From contig CAWBOC010000009.1 in the NCBI GenBank assembly GCA_963790305.1, positions 128,001 through 192,000 of the forward strand: DNA of 64,000 nucleotides. Reading direction: 5' to 3'. Below the pieces are notes generated by a model that saw only the letters and a program-made list of their open reading frames with translations, was not told the DNA's origin and made no database searches. How positions within the stretch are numbered: position 1 is the stretch's first letter; each line of letters starts with the position of its first letter. Origin of the DNA: an uncultured Gemmatimonadaceae bacterium (lineage in GTDB: Bacteria > Gemmatimonadota > Gemmatimonadetes > Gemmatimonadales > Gemmatimonadaceae). The translations under genes were made by a program, and so were the position numbers. This document shows, in pieces, positions 39,718 through 50,678 of this stretch.

Positions 39718-42700
39718 TCGAACGGAGATTGGTGCTGGGCGCGCTCGCCGCCGTGCTGGCGATCGCCCCGCGCGCGGAGGCCCAGTTCTACTTCGGGCAG
39801 AACCAGGTCCAGTACGACTCGTTCGACTGGAAGGTCATCGAGACCGATCACTTCCTCGTCCACTACTACCCGGGCGAGGAGACGGCGGCACGTGATGCGG
39901 CGCGAATGGCCGAGCGGGCGTACGGGCGGCTCTCGCGGATCCTGGGCCACGAGTTCCGCGAGAAGAAGCCGATCGTCCTCTTCGCGTCGCGCTCCGACTT
40001 CGGGCAGAACAACGTCACCGGCGACCTCGGCGAGTTCACCGGCGGGGTGACCGAGGCGCTGCGTCACCGGATCCTGATGCCGTTCACCGGCGACTACGGG
40101 TCGTTCGAGCAGGTGCTGACGCACGAGATGGTGCACGAGTTCCAGTACGACATCTACTCTCGCGGGAAGGCGGGCGCCGGGCTGCAAACGCTCCAGCAGC
40201 AGGCGATGCCCTATTGGTTCGCGGAGGGAATGGCGGAGTACCTGTCACTCGGGCCCGGAGATCCGTTCGCGAACACGGTGATGCGGGATGCCGCCCTCAA
40301 TGGTCGGCTGCCGACGATCGAGCAGATCGACGATGCGTCCCGATCAGCACAATCCCTACGACATCGGCCAGGCGCTGTGGGAGTACGTGGGCGACCGGTG
40401 GGGCGACGAGGTGATCGGCGCGATCCTGCAGGCCGCGCCCAACGTCGGCGTCGAGCGCGCGTTCCGGCGCGAGCTCGGCAAGTCGCTCGAGGACCTCGGC
40501 GACGAGTGGAAGGAGGCGATGCAGGTGAAGCACCTGCCGCAGATCGCCGACCTGGAGCGCGCACGGAAGTACGCGCAGCCGCTTGCTCTCCGAACGTCGC
40601 AGCGGTGGCGCCATCTTCCTCGCGCCCGCCCTCTCGCCCAACGGGGAGCAGATCGTCTTCCTGTCCAACGGGAGCTTCCTGCGCGGGCAGATCTTCATCG
40701 ACCTCTGGCTCGCCGACGCGCGCACGGGAAAGCGCCTCAAGCGTCTCGTGAAGAGCACGACGAACCCGGAATTCGAGGAGCTGCGTCTGCTCTATTCGCA
40801 GAGCTCGTTCTCCCCCGATGGCCGCACCCTCGCGTTCACCGCCCAGCGAAAGGGCAAGGACGTGCTGTACCTGCTCGATGTGCGGAAGCAGAAGGTCATT
40901 CGCCGGATCGACACGCAGCTCGAGGGTGTGACCGGCCCCTCGTGGTCACCCGACGGCAGCCGCCTCGTGTTCTCCGGCCACCTGGGCGGCATCAGCGATC
41001 TCTACATCGTCCAGTCCGACGGAAAGCAGCTCACGCAACTCACCAACGATCGGCACGGCGACCTGCAGCCCCAGTGGTCGCCCGACGGGAAGAAGATCGC
41101 GTTCGCCAGCGATCGCGGCGCGGAGACGGACTTCAACGTCCTTCGCTATAGCGCGTGGAAGATCAGCACCTACGACCTCGAGTCGGGACGCATCGACGTC
41201 CTTCCCGGACAGGACGCGCACAACATCAATCCGATGTGGTCGCCCGACAGCCGCTCGATCGCCTACGTCTCGACGCGCACGGGCATCCAGAACCTCTTCC
41301 TGTACGAGCTCGAGACGAGCGAGCACTTCCAGCTGACGAACGTCGTCGGCGGAATCACCGCGGCGACCAACTACAGCCCGGTGATCTCCTGGGCGCGTCA
41401 AGCCGACAAGCTCGCGATCACGTACTACGAGAACGGCGACTACACGATCTGGGCGATCGATAATCCTCGATCGCTGAAGCGCTCGCCGTACCGCACGCCG
41501 GATCCCCGCATGCCCCTGGTGGCGGGCGCCGTGAAGGCGGATACGATCCTCGTTTCGAGCGCCGATCGCGCCAACGGATACCGGGGTCGCGTATCCGCCG
41601 CCGCCGACACCACCAACGGCAGCAGTTCACTTCTCGTATTACCGCTCCCCAGCGGGTATTCGTCCGTCGCGGAACGCTCCGCCAGCCGCCGAGCTCGCCT
41701 CGCGCGGCGGCCCCATTAGCGTCGCCGCGCTGCTCGACAGCGCCGCCATGGCGCTGCCTGATGCGGGAGGGTTCAAGACGTACGACTACAAGGTTCGTTT
41801 CAGCCCTGACTACGTCGCGCGTCCCACCATTGGGTACGAGCAGTACAACTTCGGCCGAGGCTTCTTCGGCGGAACACAGATCGTCCTGAGCGACATGCTC
41901 GGCAACCATCGCCTCGCCTTCTCGGGCGAAGTGAATGGACGGTTGAGCGAGGCGCGCGTGTACAGCGCGTACACCAACCTGTCGCGGCGCATGCAGTACG
42001 CGGTGGGTGCCTACCAATCGCCATACTATTTCCCGGAGGTTGGTGCGCTGCAGCCGGTGGGCGATGGAGTTTGGGAAGAGATCTACCCGATCACGCGGCT
42101 CATCGAGCGACAGGTCTTCGGTATCGGCATCTACCCATTCGATCGATTCACGCGCACCGAGTTCGGGGCACGGCTGTCGAACGTCGACCGTTCTTCGCTG
42201 TTCATTGGGCGTCTGATCAACGAGTTCACCGGCGCATCGACACCGTTCCAGATTCTCGACGAAGTCCATCAGCCGAGCATCAACTACGTCCAGCCCTACG
42301 CGGCGTTCGTGTCGGACAACGTGCTTTGGGGCTACACGGGCCCGATCATGGGGCGGCGCTACCGCTTCCAGGTCGAGCCGATCATCGGCACGTACAAGTG
42401 GATGGACTACCTCGTCGACTACCGACGGTACGATCCCATTCTGTTCAATTTCCTCACGCTTTCGACGCGTCTCCTCGCCAGCGTGTCGGATGGACGAGAC
42501 GCGGACACGCTTCGGAAGTACATCGGATACCCCGAGCTGCTGCGCGGGTACGATCGCGAGGAGTTTGCGCTCAACGAGATTCGGCAGTGCGCGTTCAACG
42601 ACCCGTCGAGCGACGACCCACGGTATTATCGCTGCTCCCCGCTCGTCGGCAGCCGCATCGCCGTCGCGAACGTCGAAGTGCGGTTCCCGCTGCTGCGGCG

Positions 42701-42974
42701 GGTGGACATCGGTCTTCTCCCGATCTCGCTGCCGCCTATCGAGGGTCTGGTGTTCTACGACGTGGGCCTTACCTGGTTCGAGGGGCAGAATCTGCATTGG
42801 TCCCGGCCCGCCGGCTTCGACCCGGCGTTTCAGCGGCACGCGCTGCGGAGCTACGGCTTCGGCGTTCGGGTGAACCTCTTCAACTTCGCATTGCTGCGGT
42901 GGGACTACGCGATCCCGCTCGACGATCCGCGGCGGGACAAGTACTGGAGGTTCTCGCTGGGGCCGAGCTTCTGA
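39714..42974 (+). CDS. Outer-membrane protein: zincin (peptidase MA-like) + PD40/TolB propeller + Omp85/BamA-type barrel (frameshifts near 40330, 40583, 41630-41720)
   Basis: FGQNQVQY, HEMVH..WFAEGMAEY, repeated WSPDG, LRGY loop, C-terminal FSLGPSF. Confidence 0.85.
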
Positions 42975-42978
42975 CCTA

Positions 42979-43119
42979 GGGGTCAGGAGTCAGGAGTCAG
43001 GGGTCAGGGGTGGAAAGGCGCGGCAGCTCCGCTGCCGCGCTCATTATGAAGGGGCCGCTCGCGCGTAGCGCGGCGGCCCCCTTTCCACCCCTGACCCCTG
43101 ACTCCTGACTCCTGATCCC
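42979..43119. repeat. Heptamer-armed 40-bp inverted repeat enclosing two GC hairpins
   Basis: 42979-43018 pairs with 43080-43119 (one G-U); inner hairpins at 43018-43040 and 43051-43080. Confidence 0.88.
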
Positions 43120-43154
43120 TTTGATGCCCACGGTACCATCGCTATTTTCCGCGC

Positions 43155-44663
43155 GTGCGCACCCTCCTCGCGCTGGCATTCGTGCTCGCGGCCTGCTCTG
43201 GCTCCGAGCGCGGCGATGATCCAACCGCCAGTGACTCACCTACGGTCATGTCCGCCGGCGGCGCCGACCGCCTTCTCCTGCGCTTCGCGCGGGCGGGTGG
43301 ACCGGTGCGCGCGTTTGCGTATCCCAAGGTCGACTCCCTGGTATGGACCTCCCGCGCGGCGGTTCCCTCCGTGCAGCGCGTCCTGGGGTTCGACTCCGAC
43401 GCCGGGAGCGTAGCGGCGCTCGACACGAAGGGCGTCCCCCTCCGCGTCGACCTTCGGACTGGTGACGTGGCTCGCGAGACAAAAGCCAAGTTGTCCTACG
43501 CGGCATCGCAGGACGGCAACGCGATCTACGGCGTCGCCGTCGATGGAACGATTCGGCGCCTGACGCCCGCGGGGGAGTGGCGCTTCAAGCCGCCGACGGC
43601 GCCCCGCGAGCTGTTCCCTCAGTCCGATGGCGGCCTGCTCGTCGTTGCTGACGCGCGCAGTGGCACGACCGTGTGGCGGATGCATCCACCGCAGGAATCG
43701 CTCGTGGACACCGCTCGGCTTCCTCTCGCGCAACAGGCGATTGGAACGCCGCTCGGCGACCGTCTGTATTTCACCGTCGACACGGGGCTGATCGGCGTGC
43801 GCGCGCGCGATCTCGTCCCGGTACCGAGTGTTCGCGTGCCGCAGCGCATTCGCTCCGCCGTTACGACGCCGAGCGGGGATCGCATCTATCTGCTGACGGC
43901 CGGCTCCGCCGATTTGATCGTCGTCGATCGTTATGCGGAAGAGATCGCCGCACGCATCACTCTTCCCGACACGTCCCGCGAGCTTCGCATGGATCCGACC
44001 GGGCGTTTCGTGCTCGCCCGGGCCGCGGCGAAGGACTCGGCGTGGGTCGTCGCCGTCGCTACCGATACGCTCGTCGGGCGCGTGGCGACCGCCTGGCGTG
44101 ACGACCTCCCACTCGTCACGCCAGACGGCGCCCTGGCGCTGCTGCGCGGCAACGACGTGGTGCTCGTCGACAGCGACTCCCTCGAGGCCATACGACGCGT
44201 CGCCGGTGGTGGTCGCGATTTCTGGTATTTCATTGAGTGGAACGGATTCCGCCCGCGCAGCGCGTCGCTCGACGAGCCGGTGCAGTTCGAGGGAATGGAC
44301 ACGACCCCTCCCGATTCGGGCGACACGCTCGACCCATTCGCGGCCACCCCATCGCCCGACTCGCTCTCGCCTCCGGCGGACAGCGTCGCGGCTGCGCCTC
44401 GCGACACGACCCCCCCACCGCCGGCGCCGGCGACGAGCCCGGGGTTCACCGTGCAGTTCGCAGCGCTGCGATCGGAGGCTGCGGCAACTGCAGCGGCGAA
44501 CGAGATTCAGTCCGAGGGGCAGCGAGCGCACGTGGTGCGCACGACGCAGGGAGGACTCGACATTTGGCGCGTCGTGCTCGGTCCGTATCCCACGCGGGAA
44601 CGCGCCGAACAGGTCGCGCGGACCACGGGGCGATCGTACTGGATCTACGAGGGACGACCGTAG
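43155..44663 (+). CDS. Lipoprotein with propeller-like core and C-terminal SPOR domain
   Basis: LAAC lipobox; Pro-rich linker; FTVQFAA..WRVVLGPY. Confidence 0.8.
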   Translation: MRTLLALAFVLAACSGSERGDDPTASDSPTVMSAGGADRLLLRFARAGGPVRAFAYPKVDSLVWTSRAAVPSVQRVLGFDSDAGSVAALDTKGVPLRVDLRTGDVARETKAKLSYAASQDGNAIYGVAVDGTIRRLTPAGEWRFKPPTAPRELFPQSDGGLLVVADARSGTTVWRMHPPQESLVDTARLPLAQQAIGTPLGDRLYFTVDTGLIGVRARDLVPVPSVRVPQRIRSAVTTPSGDRIYLLTAGSADLIVVDRYAEEIAARITLPDTSRELRMDPTGRFVLARAAAKDSAWVVAVATDTLVGRVATAWRDDLPLVTPDGALALLRGNDVVLVDSDSLEAIRRVAGGGRDFWYFIEWNGFRPRSASLDEPVQFEGMDTTPPDSGDTLDPFAATPSPDSLSPPADSVAAAPRDTTPPPPAPATSPGFTVQFAALRSEAAATAAANEIQSEGQRAHVVRTTQGGLDIWRVVLGPYPTRERAEQVARTTGRSYWIYEGRP

Positions 44664-45955
44664 TGGTCGCGCACGCCTCTGCGCCCGCGACGCGGTGGGA
44701 CGAGGCCACGCGCGACGTCGCGCCACTGCTGCAGGATCGGACGTGCATCGTCGTCGTCGGTGAGCAGGACGATGACGCCGCCAACGTCGCTCTCGCCCTC
44801 GCCCAGATCCACGTTCGGACGCGACGTGTCGCCATCGTGGATGCCGTGGGGGAGCTCGCGCCGCTCCAGAAGCTCCTGCCTCGCGACGCGCGATCCCATG
44901 GGGTGATCGATCATTTCGTGCATGGCGTGTCGCTGCGCAAGATCGCCCACTCCGTGAATCGTGAAGGGACGATGTTCGTCATCCCGAGCGGGGTCGGGCC
45001 GTTCGAATACGACACGCTCCTGCGCCGTGAGCGGTGGCGCCGCCTGACGATGGCGTTTCGTGGCGAGGGCGCCCTGCTCTGCATCGTTCTCCCTCCCAAT
45101 GCCGAAGGGCTGGTGGGTTTCGTCGAGGATACCGACGGGATCGTCCTCGTGGGCGACGTCGCGTATTCCGAAACGAGGCACATCATCGCGAACGTGCCAC
45201 GTGTGAGACGGAGCAGCTCCGACGCGAGCGTCGTTCCGTCCGGCTCGACGCCTCGACCGGGCCTTCTCGCGCGCGTCACTCGTCAGGCGCCTGCCAGGCG
45301 CGCCGCCCTCTTGGCCGCCGGTCTCGTGGCTCTCGTTGCCGGCGGCGCCCTGTTCGCGTGGGACCGCACGGATGATGTCGATGACGCTGCGGCGACGGGC
45401 GACATCGCTACGGCCGGCCCGGCCGCCGAGGCGCAGCGCGCCGGCACGGTCGGCCTCACCGAGAGCGATTCTGCTGCTGCCGCGATCTATTCCGTCGATG
45501 TGCTCATGCTCAACAGTCTCGCCGCCGCGAGCCGCCACCTTACCACTCGACTCGGTGCGATTCCCGCGGCGACGTTCTCCCCCGTGCAGCTCGGCACCGA
45601 CAGCGCGCGCTGGTACCGCCTGCTCGTCGGTGCGTGGCGGGAGCAGCGGCAGGCGGACTCGGCGCTGATGGCGCTGCGCGCTGCAGGCGTCCTCGAGATG
45701 GGCATTGGCTCGGTGCGACGTACGCCCTTTGCGGTGCGGGTCGCCGAGGACCTCAGCCCGACCGCGGCGAAGACTCGTGCGGTGGAGCTGCGAGCGCAGG
45801 GATTCCCGACGTACGCGCTCGAACGTGACGAGGGTCACGCTGGCGTGTACGCTGGTGCATTCGAGACCCCCTCGCAGGCGATGGCGCTTCTCGACATGTT
45901 CATGCGTGCTGGAATCGACGCGAATGTTGCTTACCGGATAGGGAGAGGAATCTAG
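44663..45955 (+). CDS. Membrane protein with degenerate MinD/ParA-like N-domain and SPOR-like C-domains
   Basis: AANVALALA..RVAIVDA..FVIPSG; one TM; WYRLLVGAW and VYAGAF. Confidence 0.65.
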   Translation: MVAHASAPATRWDEATRDVAPLLQDRTCIVVVGEQDDDAANVALALAQIHVRTRRVAIVDAVGELAPLQKLLPRDARSHGVIDHFVHGVSLRKIAHSVNREGTMFVIPSGVGPFEYDTLLRRERWRRLTMAFRGEGALLCIVLPPNAEGLVGFVEDTDGIVLVGDVAYSETRHIIANVPRVRRSSSDASVVPSGSTPRPGLLARVTRQAPARRAALLAAGLVALVAGGALFAWDRTDDVDDAAATGDIATAGPAAEAQRAGTVGLTESDSAAAAIYSVDVLMLNSLAAASRHLTTRLGAIPAATFSPVQLGTDSARWYRLLVGAWREQRQADSALMALRAAGVLEMGIGSVRRTPFAVRVAEDLSPTAAKTRAVELRAQGFPTYALERDEGHAGVYAGAFETPSQAMALLDMFMRAGIDANVAYRIGRGI

Positions 45956-48900
45956 GTGCGACTGCGAAAGCTCGAGCTCCACGGATTCAAGTCCTTCGCC
46001 GACCACGTCGATCTCGACTTCGAGTCGGGCGTCACGGCGATCGTCGGCCCGAATGGGTGCGGCAAGTCGAACGTCTCGGACGCCGTTCGCTGGGTCCTCG
46101 GTGAGCAGCGCGCGCGCCTGCTGCGCGGCGCGAAGATGGAGGAAGTCATCTTCCAGGGCTCCTCGGCGCGGCGACCGGTGAACATCGCCGAGGTGTCGCT
46201 TCACTTCGAGAACGATGACGGCGCCCTGCCCGTCCCGTTCAAGGAAGTGGTGATCACTCGCCGCCTATCGCGCAGCGGCGAGAGCGACTATCTGCTCAAC
46301 CGCGCTCCCTGCCGCCTGCGCGACATACAGGACCTCGTGCGCGGCACGGGACTCGGCGCCGATTCCGGCGTGGTCATCGAAGCGAGGATGATCGACGCGC
46401 TGCTCTCCGATCGGCCGGACGATCGGCGCGAGCTGTTCGAGGAGGCCGCCGGCGTGGGCCTCTATCGCGATCGCAAGCGCAGCACCGAGCGACGGCTCGA
46501 GGAGACGACGCTCGATCTGTCGCGCCTCGATGATCTCATCAACGAGGTCCAGAGCCAGGTGCGGTCGCTCGCGCGTCAGCGCAAGCGTGCCGAGCGACAC
46601 ACGGAGCTCACGGCGCGGCGTTTCGCGCTCGAGCTCACGCTCGTGTCTCGCGACATGGAGGCGTGGAGCGAGGAGCTGGTGCAGCTCGAGGAGCGCGTGG
46701 TCGCGCTTCGGGCCGAGGTTCCTCGATCCGATGAGCGGGTTCGCGTTGCTGAGCGGGCTCGTGAGGAAGCGCATCATGCGCGTGCGGCGGCCGAAGGTCA
46801 GCGCGCGGAGCTTGCCCGTCTCGTGAGCGCCCAGCAGGAGGATGTGCTGCGCCTCGAGAGCGAGATCGCCGTTGCCGAGGAGCGCCAGCGGAATGCGACG
46901 GCGCGACGGGAGCGCGCGGAAGAAGAGCGACGCGCGGGCGAGGAGCGCGGCTCGCGTCTCGCCGCGGATCGCGAAGGGGCTGGCGCGGAACGCGCGAGAC
47001 TCGAGGCTGAGCTCGCCGCCGCGCAGGAGGCACTCACGGAGCGTGTGCAGGCGGAGGAGGGAGCCCGAACGCAAGTCGCCGAGGCGCGGCGGTCTACCGA
47101 GGATTCGGAGCGCGCCATGCGCGAGCTTCGCGACGAGCGGCGTCGCCTCGAGCTCGATCGGGAGGGCGCGACGCGGGAGATCGAGGAGCTTGGCCAGCGA
47201 ATCGACGGACTCCACGAGGAGCGCGAGACTCTCGCCGAGGCGCTTTCGCTCGCCGCCGCCCGCCTCGATCTCGCCGAGCGGGATCTGGAGGAAGCAAAGA
47301 CGGCGGCTGTCATGGCCGAAGAAGCGCTCGGCATCGCGAGAACGGCGGCAACGGATGCGAGAGCGCGCGAGAGCGCTGCGCGGGACGAGTTGTTCCGGGC
47401 GGAGGAGGCACATACGAGCCTGCTGGGACGCGTCAACGCGCTGGAGACGCTCGAGCGCGAGCGCGTGGGGCTCGCTCCGGCGGCTGCGAAGCTGCTGCAG
47501 GAGCGGGGTCGTTTCGGCGAGGGCGCCATTCTGGGGCCGCTGTCTGACTTCATCAGCGCCGAAGCCACGGGCGCGATGCTCGTGGAGCGGTTTCTTGGCC
47601 CGAGTGTGCATGCCGTGCTGGTGCGCGACGCGGAGGCGGCGGACAGCGTGCGCGCGTGGCATGCCACGACGAACCCCGGCCCGTTGCTCCTTCTGCCACT
47701 CGATGCCGCTGATCCCGACTGGGAGATCAGCGATGCACTCGCGGGGCTGCTCGAGGTTCAGGACCTCGCCCGGCCCTGGGTACGCTCGCTGCTGGGCCAG
47801 GTTCGCCCCATCGATGAGGGGGCGGCCTTTCTCGACAGCCGTGGCGCCGTGTGGCTGCCTGGGCGCACGGCCGGACCAGGTCCGCTGCGTCGTCGTGCCG
47901 AGCTGTTCGAGCTCCGCGCCGAGCTCGGCGCCAGCGACGCCGCTCGTCAGGCGGCGAATGCCGAGGCCGACGCCGCGCGCGCGGCCCTCGATGTCGCTGA
48001 GCGCGGAACGACGGAAGCGGGCGATCTGAGCCAGGGTGCGCATCAGCAGGTCCGTCGTGCTGAAGAGCGACGCGCCGAGGCGGAGCGGGACGTCAAGCGG
48101 GCGACTCGAGAGCTCGAGAGCCTCGATACACTCGTCGATCGCCTAACGACACGTCGTGCTGATCTCTCGATGCGCGCCGCCGAGCTCGATGAGCGTCTTC
48201 AGGAGCTGGCGAACGCCCTCGACATTGCATCCGGTTCGCTGTCCGAGTGGCGCACGCGGCTCGTCGCCCTGGAAGGCGAGCAGGACGACACGCGAGAAGC
48301 GCGCACGCGCGGTCAGGTGGAGGTGGCGCAGGCGCAGGCCCGCCTTCAGGTCGCGCGCGACCGCGAGCGGCATCTCGCCGATGAGGCGGACGTCGCAACG
48401 GCGCGTCTTCAGCAGTTGCTGGCGGAGCTCACCGACATCACCTCGACGGACAGCGTGCTCGCCGGCCGCATGGCAGAGTGGCAATCCGATCTCGAGACGC
48501 GACGGGCGACGTTCGCGGACGGACGCACCCGCCTCGCCCGTTCGGAGGATGGCGTGCGTCACGCCGACGCGTCTCTGGACGAGACAGAGCGAGCAGTCGA
48601 CGAAGCGCGGCGACTTGCCACGTCGCTCGCGGAGGAGCTGCACCACGCGGAGCTTCGCTTGACGGAGCTCTCGGGACGGCGGACTGCCATTCGGGAGCGC
48701 CTGGAGGCGGAGTGGCGTCGTCCGCTGGAGGAGATGCTCGCTACACGTACGGAAGTCCAAGGGGAAGACCAGGCCCTGCGAGCGGAGCTCGAGGCGATTC
48801 GCGAGCAGCTCGAGGCGATGGGACCGGTGAACCCGCTGGCGATCGAGGAGCACGAGGAGGAAGTGAAGCGCCTCGACTTCCTCACCGCCCAGCGCGCCGA

Positions 48901-49486
48901 TCTCGCGGCCGCACGGAGCTCGCTCCAGCAGGCGATTCGCGAGATCGACTCGACGGCCCGCGAGCTTTTCCTCGCCACCTTCACCCAGGTGCGCGAGAAC
49001 TTCCGACAGATCTTCATGACGTTGTTCGGCGGCGGCGAATGCGACCTGCGGCTCGAGCATCCCGACGCGCCGCTCGAGTGCGACATCGAGATTCACGCGT
49101 CGCCACGCGGGAAGCGGACGCAGCGGATTCACCTGCTGTCGAGCGGAGAGCGTGCGCTGGTCGCGCTATCGCTGCTCTTCGGCATCTTCCTCACGAAGCC
49201 GAGTCCCTTCTGCCTGCTGGACGAGGTCGACGCGCCGCTCGACGACCAGAACATCGGCCGGTTCGTCCGAATGCTGAACCAGTTCAAGCAGAGCACGCAG
49301 TTCATCGTGATCACCCATAACCCGCGCACGACCACCGAAGCAGCCGATGCCGTGTACGGCGTGACAATGCAGGAGCCCGGGGTGTCGTCGCTCGTGAGCG
49401 TGCGACTGCGCGGTGGAGCGTCGGTGGACGAGGCGCTCGAGGGACGACTGGAAGCGGACGAGGCGGCCGTCGGCGCAGGAGCATGA
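45956..49486 (+). CDS. smc: Chromosome segregation ATPase SMC
   Basis: GFKSF, GPNGCGKSN, FEEAAG, coiled coils, GPVN, LSSGE, LLDEVDAPLD, ITH. Confidence 0.97.
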   Translation: MRLRKLELHGFKSFADHVDLDFESGVTAIVGPNGCGKSNVSDAVRWVLGEQRARLLRGAKMEEVIFQGSSARRPVNIAEVSLHFENDDGALPVPFKEVVITRRLSRSGESDYLLNRAPCRLRDIQDLVRGTGLGADSGVVIEARMIDALLSDRPDDRRELFEEAAGVGLYRDRKRSTERRLEETTLDLSRLDDLINEVQSQVRSLARQRKRAERHTELTARRFALELTLVSRDMEAWSEELVQLEERVVALRAEVPRSDERVRVAERAREEAHHARAAAEGQRAELARLVSAQQEDVLRLESEIAVAEERQRNATARRERAEEERRAGEERGSRLAADREGAGAERARLEAELAAAQEALTERVQAEEGARTQVAEARRSTEDSERAMRELRDERRRLELDREGATREIEELGQRIDGLHEERETLAEALSLAAARLDLAERDLEEAKTAAVMAEEALGIARTAATDARARESAARDELFRAEEAHTSLLGRVNALETLERERVGLAPAAAKLLQERGRFGEGAILGPLSDFISAEATGAMLVERFLGPSVHAVLVRDAEAADSVRAWHATTNPGPLLLLPLDAADPDWEISDALAGLLEVQDLARPWVRSLLGQVRPIDEGAAFLDSRGAVWLPGRTAGPGPLRRRAELFELRAELGASDAARQAANAEADAARAALDVAERGTTEAGDLSQGAHQQVRRAEERRAEAERDVKRATRELESLDTLVDRLTTRRADLSMRAAELDERLQELANALDIASGSLSEWRTRLVALEGEQDDTREARTRGQVEVAQAQARLQVARDRERHLADEADVATARLQQLLAELTDITSTDSVLAGRMAEWQSDLETRRATFADGRTRLARSEDGVRHADASLDETERAVDEARRLATSLAEELHHAELRLTELSGRRTAIRERLEAEWRRPLEEMLATRTEVQGEDQALRAELEAIREQLEAMGPVNPLAIEEHEEEVKRLDFLTAQRADLAAARSSLQQAIREIDSTARELFLATFTQVRENFRQIFMTLFGGGECDLRLEHPDAPLECDIEIHASPRGKRTQRIHLLSSGERALVALSLLFGIFLTKPSPFCLLDEVDAPLDDQNIGRFVRMLNQFKQSTQFIVITHNPRTTTEAADAVYGVTMQEPGVSSLVSVRLRGGASVDEALEGRLEADEAAVGAGA

Positions 49487-49911
49487 TCCGCGCGGCGGTC
49501 GCCTGCGCGCTGCTCCTCTGCTCTGGCGCCGCCGAAGCGCAGACGAGCGAGCCACCCCGCGCTACGCTGCTCTACCAGAACTTTCCGAATCCGTTTCCGT
49601 CCGACGGCATCCTGGCAACGTGCGTATGGTTCGATCTCGCGCGCGCCACCGATGTGCATCTCCAGGTTCTCGACATCCGCGGGAATGTCGTACGCACGCT
49701 CGTTCCCGCCGCGAGCACGCCAGCGCAGCTTTCCGCTGGTCGCTACGGTCGCGGGACCGGCGACATTCCGAACGGGTTCGGCTGCGACGGCCAGTTCATC
49801 TGGGACGGCACGGCCTCCGACGGCAGTCTCGTCCCCGCGGGTGTGTATCTCTTGCGCCTGCGTGCCGACGGCGCGGACATCGTCCGTCGGATGCTCTTTC
49901 TCGGTCGCTGA
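49483..49911 (+). CDS. Small exported FlgD-Ig / secretion-CTD-like domain protein
   Basis: Signal peptide, LYQNFPNPF, GNVVRTL, WDG..G..AGVYLLRL. Confidence 0.75.
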   Translation: MIRAAVACALLLCSGAAEAQTSEPPRATLLYQNFPNPFPSDGILATCVWFDLARATDVHLQVLDIRGNVVRTLVPAASTPAQLSAGRYGRGTGDIPNGFGCDGQFIWDGTASDGSLVPAGVYLLRLRADGADIVRRMLFLGR

Positions 49912-50678
49912 TGCGCCTGACGACGGTCGGCACGGGAACCGTGACGCCATCCCCGTCGCGCGTTTGCGCTGGCCATCTCCTGACGACGGGCTCCGTGTCG
50001 ATCCTCCTCGACTGCGGGAGCGGCGTCGTGCACCGGTTGGCGCGTGCCGGCGTCGACTGGATGGCGATCACGCACGTCGCGATCACGCACTTTCACGCCG
50101 ACCACCTGAGCGATCTCGCCTTCCTGATATTCGCCTGGCGCCATGGCGCGGCGCAGCCACGAACGGCTCCGGTCGACATCATCGGTCCCCCCGGCACCGA
50201 TGCGCTGCTGACACGATTTGCCGACGCGTTCGGCGGCTGGGTTCGAGAACCGGGGTATCCGGTGCGCGTGAGCGAGACTTCTCCTGGCAGTGTCGTCGAT
50301 CTCAGCGGTGAGGTACGGCTGAGCGCGTTCAAGGTTCCGCACACGGAGGAAAGCGTGGCCTATGACCTCGTGCACGACGGGCGACGCGTGGTCTACACGG
50401 GCGACACGGGATTCGACGAGGGACTTGGACGGTGGGCGGCGGGATGCGATCTTCTCCTTGCGGAGTGCTCGCTGCCGGACGACCAGGAAATGGCGATTCA
50501 CCTCACGCCGCGGCGCTGTGGCGAGCTCGCGGCGGTCGCGCGGCCCCGAACGCTGGTGCTCACGCACTTCTACCCGCCCGTGGAGCAGGTGGACATCCGC
50601 GGTATCGTGCATGAGCGGTTCGACGGAACGCTCGTGCTCGCGGAAGACGGGTGGTCCATGGAGATCGAGGAGCGGTAA
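49911..50678 (+). CDS. Metallo-beta-lactamase fold hydrolase (RNase Z-like)
   Basis: LLDCGSG, THFHADH, YTGDT, LTHFY. Confidence 0.88.
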   Translation: MRLTTVGTGTVTPSPSRVCAGHLLTTGSVSILLDCGSGVVHRLARAGVDWMAITHVAITHFHADHLSDLAFLIFAWRHGAAQPRTAPVDIIGPPGTDALLTRFADAFGGWVREPGYPVRVSETSPGSVVDLSGEVRLSAFKVPHTEESVAYDLVHDGRRVVYTGDTGFDEGLGRWAAGCDLLLAECSLPDDQEMAIHLTPRRCGELAAVARPRTLVLTHFYPPVEQVDIRGIVHERFDGTLVLAEDGWSMEIEER

